Positions 23,026-33,820 of a stretch of DNA of 64,000 bases are shown here, piece after piece (position 1 is the stretch's first letter; each line of letters starts with the position of its first letter). The position numbers and the translations under genes were made by a program. This DNA is from Hormiphora californensis (taxonomy: Eukaryota; Animalia; Ctenophora): the NCBI GenBank assembly GCA_020137815.1, contig CM035354.1, positions 2,356,001 to 2,420,000 of the forward strand, given 5' to 3'. Below the pieces are notes generated by a model that ran no database searches, was not told the origin of the DNA, and saw only the letters and a program-made list of their open reading frames with translations.

Positions 23026-24969
23026 CTAGTAAAGAGGGGGGTTGTTATACGAGAACTATACTTTACAGTAATTATATATGATATATGCGCTATGACTTAT
23101 GTTATACATTATTGATTTGTATTGCATTGTGTATATTTCTGGGTATAGGGAGTTTATTATTCTCAACAAGCATTGTTCCCAATGTATACATTCACACGTC
23201 TTGTTACAAGAAGGCGGAGAATTACGAGGCTGGAACTCTAATTAAAGCTGCACTGCAACTTGCAAGAGAGAAAGATAAATTAAAAAGCTTCTTGTGGGGT
23301 GGACACTGGACTGGGGAGAGGCTGTATATTATATTGGAGGAGTAATGTAATTATGTGGTGCTTCTCTCTCTCTCTAGCTCTCGAGAATCGGGGTATTGAA
23401 ATTAGCAGTATATAATATGCTACCAGTAGATGATATTGCACACACAAACACTGGCGTGTACAAAGGAGAAGCACAAGGAGAAGCACTATAGCTGTACACG
23501 AGAAAAGCTCTTTTCGAGAGAAGGAGAGAAACAGAACGCGTCAGGTAGAGGAAGAGGAGAAAAAGCAGAAAAAAGGAGGGGGGTAATGAAATATAGGAAC
23601 TTTCAGGAAACACAGTATGTAACCAATATATATCTGAATTAGCCAATTGGAGAACAGCAGAGCTGCTTTGAAACTCCAATTACAGCTTGAATGCAGCAAG
23701 CTTTGAAACAAAGCACACCCATTTAAAAAGTAAAATATGACTTAGCATGCTGTTAGCTGCACAAACGATCCATTACGTGGCATATAAGACAACATAAAAC
23801 TAAACATATTGTTAGGTCGTCCTAAAAATAGATCCGGAAAGAGACAAAACGGTACGAAATGGGCGGCACCAGCTTCCTTCCAGGGTAGGTTCGGGCGACC
23901 GTTAATGCAACAGCTCCGTGAAGCCCTTACCAAGCGTCCCACGAAACCCGAACTGCTGGTCTGAACTGCACGCTATTCTAACGACTAGCTCACAACTTCA
24001 GGCCCGAACTCAAACACAAGCGTGACCCGTATAACCAACCGCTGGTTACCAGCGTTCAGCTCCATCTCGATAACTTCTATAAACGACATATTTCTGTTCG
24101 GAAGAACGAAAATTTGCAATCGAATGAAGACCATTCTCATCGCCATCAGGGGGTACAGGGGCAATAAATGGACACACTTTTGTAGCAAAACAAACGATTT
24201 TCATCTTATTATCTGATTTATTTATACTTAACTTATTACACCCGAAAGAGTAAATTTTATTTTTATACCTATTCATGTAAATAATATGTACTGACATATA
24301 TTCTATTTGAACCGGTACCCCGGCCTTCGCAAAAAAAAAATCGAATGAAGAAAAACGAACCAGACAATATAAAATGATTAAATATTGGCCCCCTAATTAA
24401 CCACTCAATAAAAAACCACATATGCAGGGTGTGAACTGCATGTCGTGTTTGCTAGTCGCGAGCGCGCTTGCGAGACAAGCAAACACGTCAAGGTTCATTA
24501 ACAAGCATGCTGCTCAGTCATTTTAGATTTAATACACAATATAAGGATACCATGTAATAGGTGAGACTCTTGCCGTCACCCTCATTCAAGTCCCGTGAAA
24601 AACGGAGCAGTACACGCAAACTGATGCCCATTTTCCTCGCGTGACCCCGATTCAGCAGTTTGAGACACCAACTCTTTAGGGGGCCATATCTCAGGAACCA
24701 GACAAGACAGGAAAAATCGCCGTCTAACGAGGCGTACAGTTTTTAATCTAGTTTACCACTGTACCGGCCGTTTCACTCTCCGACCTAAAACAAAAATCGC
24801 AACCCCACAAAACTTCAAAATAATGAAATTCGCATCTCGCATGTCGTGTTGCATGTCGTGTCATGTTATTGACGCGCTCGCGTTCAACTCTCACACAGCG
24901 GCTGCAGAACATGGCGGGAAACATCGAGGAGTAGAGAGAGGGTCGGTGCCGAATCAAATATTTCTTGAT

Positions 24970-27900
24970 CTTGATCTACTCCATCTCTCAGCTATCCTAC
25001 CCCTCATCAACTCGATCTCTCAGCTACCCTACCCCTAATCTAGTCCATCTCTCCGCTACCCTACTCCTCATCTACTCCATCTCTCAGCTACCCTACCTCC
25101 CATTTACTCCATCTCTCATCTTACCTACCTCCCATTTACTCCATATCTCAGCTTCCCTACCTGCCATTTACTCCATCTCTCAGATACCCTACCTCCCATT
25201 TACTCCATCTCTCAGCTTACCTACCTCCCATTTACTCCATCTCTCAGCTTCCCTACCTCCCATTCACTCCATCTCTCAGCTTCCCTACCTCCCATTTACT
25301 CCATCTCTCAGCTACCCTACCTCCCATTCACTCCATCTCTCAGCTACCCTACCTCCCATTTACTCCATCTCTCAGCTTCCCTACCTCCCATTTACTCCAT
25401 CCCTCAGCTTCCCTACCTCCCATTTACTCCATCCTTGCCTCCCATTTACTCCATCTCTCAGCTACCCTACCTCCCATTCACTCCATCTCTCAACTACCCT
25501 ACCTCCCATTTACTCCATCTCTCAGCTTCCCTACCTCCCATTTACTCCATCCCTCAGCTTCCCTACCTCCCATTTACTCCATCTCTCAGCTTCCCTACCT
25601 CCCATTTACTCCATCTCTCAGCTACCCTACCTCCCATTTACTTCATCTCTCAGCTTCCCTACCTCCCATTTACTCCATCGCTTACCTTCCCTACCTCCCA
25701 TTTACTCCATCTCTCAGCTTCCCTACCTCCCATTTACTCCATCTCTCAGCTACCCTACCTCCCATTTACTCCATTTCTCAGCTTCCCTACCTCTCATTTA
25801 CTCCATCTCTCAGCTACCCTACCTCCCATTTACTCCATCTCTCAGCTTCCCTACCTCCCATTTACTCCATCTCTCAGCTACCCTACCTCCCATTTACTCC
25901 ATCGCTCAGCTTCCCTACCTCCCATTTACTCCATCTCTCAGCTACCTTACCTTCCATTTACTCAAACTCTCAGCTTCCCTACCTCCCATTTACTCCATCT
26001 CTCAGCTACCCTAGCTCCCATTTACTCCATCTCTCAGCTACCCTACCTCCCATTTACTCCATCTCTCAGCTACCTTACCTCCCATTTACTCCATCTCTCA
26101 GCTTACCTACCTCCCATTTACTCCATCCCTCAGTTTCCCTACCTGCCATTTACTCCATCTCTCAGCTACCCTACCACCCATTTACTCCATCTCTCAGCTT
26201 TCCTACCTCCCATTTACTTCATCTCTCAGCTTCCCTACCTCCCATTTACTCCATCTCTCAGGGGTAGGAATGTTAGGATAAATGAGAGATGGAGTAAATG
26301 GGAGGTAGGGAAGCTGAGAGATGGATCAAATGGGAGGTAGGGTAGCTGAGGGATGGAGTAAATGGGAGGTAGGGAAGCCGAGACATGGAGTAAATGGGAG
26401 GTAGGTAAGCTGGGAGATGGAGTAAATGGGAGGTAGGGAAGGTAAAAGATGGAGTAAATGGGAGGTAGGGAAGCTGAGAGATGGAGTAAATGGGAGGTAG
26501 GGAAGGTAAGCGATGGAGTAAATGGGAGGTAGGGAAGCTGAGAGATGGAGTAAATGGGAGGTAGGGAAGCTGAGAGATGAAGTAAATGGGAGGTAGGGTA
26601 GCTGAGAGATGGAGTAAATGGGAGGTAGGGTAGCTGAGAGATGGAGTAAATGGGAGGTAGGGAAGGTAAGCGATGGAGTAAATGGGAGGTAGGGAAGCTG
26701 AGAGATGGAGTAAATGGGAGGTAGGGAAGCTGAGAGATGAAGTAAATCGGAGGTAGGGTAGCTGAGAGATGGAGTAAATGGGAGGTAGGGAAGCTGAGAG
26801 ATGGATCAAATGGGAGGTAGGGTAGCTGAGGGATGGAGTAAATGGGAGGTAGGGAAGCTGAGACATGGAGTAAATGGGAGGTAGGTAAGCTGAGAGATGG
26901 AGTAAATGGGAGGTAGGGAAGGTAAGAGATGGAGTAAATGGGAGGTAGGGAAGCTGAGAGATGGAGTAAATGGGAGGTAGGGAAGGTAAGCGATGGAGTA
27001 AATGGGAGGTAGGGAAGCTGAGAGATGGAGTAAATGGGAGGTAGGGAAGCTGAGAGATGAAGTAAATGGGAGGTAGGGTAGCTGAGAGCCCAGTGCCCCG
27101 ATTTTCAAAATCTTCAAAAAATAGGGCGTATAATTTTCCATATTGCTTCCTTAAAATCGTGAAATTGCTTCCTCAAATGATTGATTTATGTCTCAGTTTG
27201 GCAGGAAGCAATGTGGAAGCAATGAGATCTGCCTTATTTGCGGAGATTTTGCTTCCGTGGTTGCTTCTTTCCCTAAAAAAGGTCGTCAGTTACTTGAAAT
27301 TGCTTCCGTATGTCCAAATTGCTGCCAAATAAGCAACATTAACATTTTGGGTATTTGCAAGATCGGGGCACTGGGGCTGAGAGATGGAGTAAATGGGAGG
27401 TAGGGAAGCTGAGAGATGGAGTAAATGGGAGGTAGGGTAGTTGAGAGATGGAGTGAATGGGAGGTAGGGTAGCTGAGAGATGGAGTAAATGGGAGGCAAG
27501 GATGGAGTAAATAGGAGGTAGGGAAGCTAAGAGATGAAGTAAATGGGAGGTAGGGTAGCTGAGAGATGGAGTAAATGGGAGGTAGGGAAGCTGAGAGATG
27601 GAGTAAATGGGAGGTAGGGTAGTTGAGAGATGGAGTGAATGGGAGGTAGGGTAGCTGAGAGATGGAGTAAATGGGAGGCAAGGTTGGAGTAAATGGGAGG
27701 TAGGGAAGCTGAGGGATGGAGTAAATGGGAGGTAGGGAAGCTGAGAGATGGAGTAAATGGGAGGTAGGGTAGCTGAGAGATGGAGTGAATGGGAGGTAGG
27801 GTAGCTGAGAGATGGAGTAAATGGGAGGTAGGGAAGCTGAGAGATGGAGTAAATGGGAGGTAGGTAAGCTGAGAGATGGAGTAAATGGGAGGTAAGTAAG

Positions 27901-28490
27901 CTGAGAGATGGAGTAAATGGGAGGTAGGGTATCTGAGAGATGGAGTAAATGGCAGGTAGGGAAGCTGAGATATGGAGTAAATGGGAGGTAGGTAAGCTGA
28001 GAGATGGAGTAAATGGGAGGTAGGTAAGCTGAGAGATGGAGTAAATGGGAGGTAGGTAATGTAAGCGATGGAGTAAATGGGAGGTAGGGAAGCTGAGAGA
28101 TGGAGTAAATGGGAGGTAGGGTAGCTGAGAGATGAAGTAGATGAGGAGTAGGGTAGCGGAGAGATGGACTAGATTAGGGGTAGGGAAGCTGAAAGATGGA
28201 GTTGATGAGGGTTAGGGAAGCATAGAGATGGAAACGATTATGGATAGGGAATAGGGATTCCCTACCCCTAATCGTTTCCATCTCTATGCTTCCCTAATAG
28301 GGAAGCTGAGAGATGGAGTAGATGAGGAGTAGGGTAGCTGAGAGATGGACTAGATAAGGGGTAGGGTAGCTGAAAGATAGAGTAGATGAGGGGTAGGGTA
28401 GCTGAAAGATGGAGTAGATGAGGGGTAGGGTAGCTGAGAGATCGAGTTGATGAGGGGTAGGATAGCTGAGAGATGGAGTAGATCAAGATC
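24970..28490. repeat. 32-bp minisatellite (catttactccatctctcagctaccctacctcc) switching strand at ~26260-26282
   Basis: C-rich orientation to 26260, G-rich orientation from ~26283; the 32-aa periodic ORFs correspond to three 32-bp units. Confidence 0.95.
27089..27375. mobile_element. 287-bp MITE nested in the minisatellite arm
   Basis: TIR cccagtgccccgat / atcggggcactggg; 8-bp TSD gctgagag. Confidence 0.88.
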
Positions 28491-30089
28491 AAGAAATATT
28501 TGATTCGGCACCGACCCTCTCTCTACTCCTCGATGTTTCCCGCCATGTTCTGCAGCTGCTGTGTGAGAGTTGAACGCGAGCGCGTCAATAACATGACACG
28601 ACATGCAACACGACATGCAACACGGCATGCGAGATGCGAATTTCATTATTTTGAAGTTTTGTGGGGTTGCGATTTTTGTTTTAGGTCGGAGAGTGAAACG
28701 GCCGGTACAGTGGTAAACTAGATTAAAAACTGTACGCCTCGTTAGACGGCGATTTTTCCTATCTTGTCTGGTTCCTGAGATATGGCCCCCTAAAGAGTTG
28801 GTGTCTCAAACTGCTGAATCGGGGTCACGCGAGGAAAATGGGCATCAGTTTGCGTGTACTGCTCCGTTTTTCACGGGACTTGAACGAGGGTGAAGGCAAG
28901 AGTCTCACCTATTACATGGTATCCTTACATTGTGTATTAAATATAAAATGACTGAGCAGCATGCTTGTTAATGAACCTTGACGTGTTTGCTTGTCTCGCA
29001 AGCGCGCTCGCGACTAGCAAACACGACATGCAGTTCACACCCTGATATGTATATATTGGAAGCTACTCAACGCAGTCGGTTGTATAGACCGTAGTGGCTA
29101 TGATTGGCACTCAGCGGCGGCCGCTGATTTAAGTATAATGGGGGAGTAAAAATCTGGGCTCCTTCCAAGTTCCATTGCCAACAATTCTTCGATTTTGGCG
29201 GCCGAGGTTAGGGCTGCCCGTTTGCTGTTTTATTTGACACCACGTCAGTTTTAAGTCGGATTTTTGAAACTTTCCGCCTACCCTTGTTGCTGCTGCTGCT
29301 GCTGCCCCCCCCCCCCCCCCCCCCCGTTCTTTGGCCTATACATTTTACGCTGCAGTCCCCAATGGGAAACGCTCGCATGCCAACAGGGGCGAAGCAATGC
29401 TGGGTCCATTGGGTCCAGGACCCACTTTTTGGACGAGAGAGGCGAAAAAAATGGGAAAACTTGCGAAAAAGTGCAAAAATCAGCAAAAACAAACAAAAAA
29501 GTGAAAAAATGAGCCGATTTCCAATTGAAAAAACGAATGCGCGCTAGAAAAAGCTTATGCGGCAGCGCTATTGACCAATGATGCCAACCCTGTCGGCTGT
29601 TCTATAATCTGATTTTAAATAACTGTCGTTTTTTAGAGTTTTTAAATTTCTTTAAATGACCATAAGTCCGGTTCCTGATGAGATAGAGACATGCAATTTG
29701 GAGGTTACGAAGATCTTGCTAAGTTCTTCCGAACCTCCAAATTTCAAGTCTCTATCTTATCAGGAATCGGAGATATGACACATTTTGTTATTTCAGGGGT
29801 GCGACAGTTTCAAAAAATCCGACTTTACGCCAGCTCTTTTCAAAACTTTGGGAAACAACTTTGCAAAATCAAAGTTTGAAAATTTTCTTTTTTAAATCGT
29901 GCGCGCGAACGCTTTGAATGAAACGAGTTGCGCGACGCCAAACCACGCACAAAATGGAACACGCGATTTAAATCATAAAAGCTTTGCCGAATCTGAGCCG
30001 CGCGCTCGCAAAGGGAATTTCATTGTCCGCAAAAAAAAACCGGCCAGCGCGAGCGTTAAAATCTGGGTGTTTCGCGAATGTTAAGGCAA

Positions 30090-30525
30090 CAGTAGGGACT
30101 AGGGTTAGGATTAGGGCTGGGGTTTGGGTTGGGGTTAGGCCTTGACATTTCCTACCAGATAAAATTTGAATTAGCCAAAACGGTTGAGTGGTTTGTCGGT
30201 TAGAGCTATTTTAGTGGATCAACTTTTTTGGCAGTGCGCAGATCGTAACGGTTATCGGTTAGGGCTATCGGTTAGGGCTATCGATTCTCTATCAGTTACC
30301 GTTTAGTTTACTCAAATTGGCTATGTGGTTGCGTGGCTATAGCCGTTTGAAAAAATTCGGTCTAAGTGTACTCTTTTGGTAGCGTGCACCTGTAAACAGG
30401 CCTCAAGGCACCCAGATTATAATCGCGCCCTCAGCCAGCGTTAAAATCTGGGTGTTTCGTGAGTGCTGACAAATGGTTTTTAGGGTTAGGGCTAAAGTAG
30501 GGTTAGGGTTAGGGTTTGGGTTGGA
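30090..30525. repeat. Degenerate TTAGGG-like tracts with a duplicated gcgttaaaatctgggtgtttcg motif (probably transposon-derived)
   Basis: tagggttagg runs at ~30093-30139 and ~30480-30522, each preceded by the same ~25-bp motif. Confidence 0.5.
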
Positions 30526-30652
30526 GTTGCGGCCCCCAAACCCCCTGCCGGTGCTTCGCGGCACCGTCGTCCCGTTCTGTCAAAATGTGAACATGGCCTT
30601 CGGCCATGCCACCCCTGATAGCATATTTCATAGGTCTGTTATTATATGAACC

Positions 30653-31195
30653 ATGGTTTCAAAGGAAAGCTGTGTCTACACGTCTTGTTACTGCGAAGAA
30701 AATGTTTATAAACTCGTAGAAAGTTGGGAAAATAGACCACGAGACTTGTATGCGGTTTTTATAACTAATGCGGTTAAACAGTGTCCTATTTGGCAGCAAA
30801 AATCAAGTAGTAATCCTGGACAACCTGTGGTTTGGGATTATCATGTAATTGCAGCGACCTCGACCCACGTTTTTGACCTTGATACGCGGCTTCCCTTTCC
30901 ATGTGACCTTGAAATGTATCTCCAGCAGTCATTTAAACCAGATGAAGTTCTCAATCCTGTTTACATGCAGAAGCTTAGACCAATTGCTGCAGAAGATTTC
31001 CTTAAAACTTTCTCATCCGATCGTCGCCACATGAAAAAAGATGGTGAATGGCTGAGTGAGCCACCTACGTATGCTCCCATCTTTAACCCATCCTTAGGTC
31101 ATAATTTATCCGATTTAATTAACTGTAATGACAGCACCTGGCCATGGTTAAGCGTTAACGAGTTATCAGATCATCTCGTAGAGAGATGCCAATAA
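30653..31195 (+). CDS. NTAQ1: Protein N-terminal glutamine amidohydrolase (N-degron pathway), intronless, 180 aa
   Basis: YTSCYCEENVYKL, AVFITN, PIWQQKS, VVWDYHVI, FDLDTRLPFP, FSSDRRHM; Cys-His-Asp triad motifs present. Confidence 0.96.
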   Translation: MVSKESCVYTSCYCEENVYKLVESWENRPRDLYAVFITNAVKQCPIWQQKSSSNPGQPVVWDYHVIAATSTHVFDLDTRLPFPCDLEMYLQQSFKPDEVLNPVYMQKLRPIAAEDFLKTFSSDRRHMKKDGEWLSEPPTYAPIFNPSLGHNLSDLINCNDSTWPWLSVNELSDHLVERCQ

Positions 31196-31213
31196 CGATT
31201 GTTTATTTTTCAC

Positions 31214-31828
31214 ATGAGGCGAGCTATGTTTGTGTGTGTACTTGATTTCGAAGCTACCTGCTGGGACGGCTCTAAAGACCATGAGATTATTGAACTTCCA
31301 TCCGTTCTACTGGAGTGGACTCCTGGTTGTACCTCAGTCAACACAATCTCAGAAATTCAGATTTTTGTTAAACCATCACACCGGCCGGAGGTATCGGAGT
31401 TTTGCCAAAATCTCACGGGCATCACCCAAAGTCAGGTGAATGGTGGAGTTAGTTTGAAGGAGGCGCTAAACAGACACCTGGTGTGGTTGAAGGAACACTG
31501 TAACAACTCCACAGAGAATGTGATCATTGTGACTTGTGGGCACTGGGATTTGCAGACCATGCTACCCATGGATTTACAGTTAAACAATCTCAGATACCCC
31601 GACCCTGTGTACAAGTCGTGGGTGAACATCAAACAAGCGTTTACAGCCGTTTTAAAACCGGTTAGAGGACGTAGCATGGTTCAGATGTTGAAACAGGTTA
31701 AACTGAAGTTGATAGGGCGACACCACTCTGGTATTGATGACAGTAAAAACATCGCCAGGATATTTGGGAAGCTTGTCGAGTTGGGTTTGACTCAAGAGCA
31801 GTTTACAGGGTTGGTTAACATGATCTAA
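31214..31828 (+). CDS. ERI1-family DEDDh 3'-5' exoribonuclease (ERI3-like, catalytic domain only), intronless; ATG at 31214 or 31226
   Basis: VLDFEATC, EIIELP, FCQNLTGITQ, VTCGHWDL, WVNIK, GRHHSGIDDSKNIA. Confidence 0.93.
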   Translation: MRRAMFVCVLDFEATCWDGSKDHEIIELPSVLLEWTPGCTSVNTISEIQIFVKPSHRPEVSEFCQNLTGITQSQVNGGVSLKEALNRHLVWLKEHCNNSTENVIIVTCGHWDLQTMLPMDLQLNNLRYPDPVYKSWVNIKQAFTAVLKPVRGRSMVQMLKQVKLKLIGRHHSGIDDSKNIARIFGKLVELGLTQEQFTGLVNMI

Positions 31829-32101
31829 GAGATTGGACTTGTGCCAATGTTTTGATATGTAATGAACTGTTTGTTTACTGTCTAGTATTAGACTAGGTAC
31901 ATACCACATACAGTGTTTGGTGCGTGCTTCATGCTATTTTGGGAGGTTTATACTATTTCGGGATGTTACCTTCTCTAACTGTTTGAGTTCTTGAAAGCAT
32001 TTTATACCATTTTTAGAATTTGCTACCGTCTGAAACACTTTTCCTTTTATTGTCTCTCCCTACACACAACCTAACTAATTATCTCTGTAGGAATTTTATA
32101 C

Positions 32102-33763
32102 ATGACAGATTGTGGGGCCAGCAACAGTAGTTCGGGGGACTGGTCTATAGTGGTAAGTTTCACAATTATCTGTATTACTATTTTATCAGTGTGTTTATCT
32201 TGGCAGCATGCCCAATTTTAATTCCATGTGGAACAATTATTGTATCCGGGACTGTCTAGATTTGATGTTGTTAAACAGTGTTCCCTTTCGGCTTAGCCTT
32301 GTCCCCCTCCCCTTGACCCCCTTGTCCCTATGCAGTTGTCGCCCTGGTCCGTGACACAATGGACTCACATATGATAATCTAGCTCTCTCATCCCATACAC
32401 AATAGCCATTATATGCGTGTACATATTATGCAGTACACACTATTATATACCCTGCTAACTTAAATAATGCGCCAGTGGCGAGAAGTCCCACTAGCGCGCT
32501 CTCAGTAAACAGCCAGTCCAGCGGCAGATTATTTCCCACTGGCAGGTTATTTATTTTTAACTCCTACGTAACATTCAAAGTGTGTGTAAATGATCAGTTC
32601 TTACTAAAATACAGAGGGAACACTATGTGCAACACTTACACACTACATTGGAGAGAAAGAAAGGACACATTCCGTCAATTACTCTCTCTTTATCTCCCCT
32701 TTTGTCTCACTATCTCTTTCTCTGTGTTATTTGTGACATGCCCCTTATCAGGCTATTTCTTTCACTCTCTTTCCTTAGCAACTGCTTAGTAACTGTTACC
32801 AAACAGTGTACACTCAATTGTGACGTGTTTTTAACTATTTCTCAGTTCTCTTTGTGTGTTTTGATTAGTGTTCTCTCTCTTGTTGGTGTGTAAATATACT
32901 TGAAATAAACAACTAAAGCAGGGTATATAACCCATAAACTCTGACCACTGGCACGTTATAGGTTTAAACCCCTCCGCCTCTCCCTCGGCTCCGCCTCGGG
33001 ATCGTCGTCGTAATTTAAACCAGTTTATCCGCCAGCGGCGGATAAACTCCAGCTAACTTCTCCCAGCGGCGCGCTGGGAGAAAGTTATCTGAAATAACGC
33101 GCCAGTGGCCAGAGTTTATGCCTCATATAACCAGCACTCAGCACTGTTAGCTGTCTGCGGCAGCAGCAACAGCTCTATGTAATGTAACTGTACCTCCAAA
33201 CATTGAACACCGATAAAAAGGATAGGGCGTTGTTTTAGCTCCGAAATATCCGTGTACGGACAAACACCGTGTCACTGGGTACGAAGGGAAAATATGGGAC
33301 TCAGAGAGTTAAAATACAGAGCTGTTATATAATGTTCCATTACCTCTTCTTCTTCATTGTAACAAGCAACTGAATACAGTTAAACCATTGTTTCTCTCTC
33401 ATTACATACACTGCCAGACTCTCCTGTTGTAATGCTGGGAGAGAGATAGAAAGAGAGAGGGAGGGAGAGTTTGTGCTTTTTTATTGAACAACAACACAGT
33501 GGTATTAAATTGGTCGTTTACATGCCTGTATTGCACATGTTAATTTTCAATAAAAACCTTCCCGTGTGACAAGTAATTACCGGAACACGCATGGCAGTGG
33601 TTGCCAAGAGATTTATTTTTAACATCATTTTGGCAATAGTGTTGGGACGGGTCTCTATAGAGAGCGAGAGAGGGAGAGAGATGAGAGAGAGAGAGAGCGA
33701 TAGAGAGAGATCTATCGTCTATATTTCTCTATATCTGACTCAGCTCTTACTCCTCTCTCTCGG

Positions 33764-33820
<57 letters not shown>

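Larger units (their letters stand above)
24425..29044. mobile_element. 4.6-kb foldback DNA transposon with ~540-bp unique TIRs, inverted 32-bp minisatellite arms and a 5-bp TSD
   Basis: cagggtgtgaactgcatgtcgtgtttgctagtcg ... cgactagcaaacacgacatgcagttcacaccctg, flanked by atatg on both sides; no coding capacity. Confidence 0.92.

Noticed and set aside
23800-24200. Coding-looking stretch upstream of PMCA
   Set aside because: No recognisable product or consistent exon structure; it may be a PMCA 5' exon but this is unsupported.
24965-27681. Long Pro/Ser/Leu-rich ORFs on both strands (up to 349 aa)
   Set aside because: Translations of the stop-free 32-bp minisatellite inside a foldback element.
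30090-30525. Telomere or chromosome-fusion relic
   Set aside because: Short, degenerate TTAGGG-like tracts tied to a repeated motif, more consistent with transposon-internal repeats.
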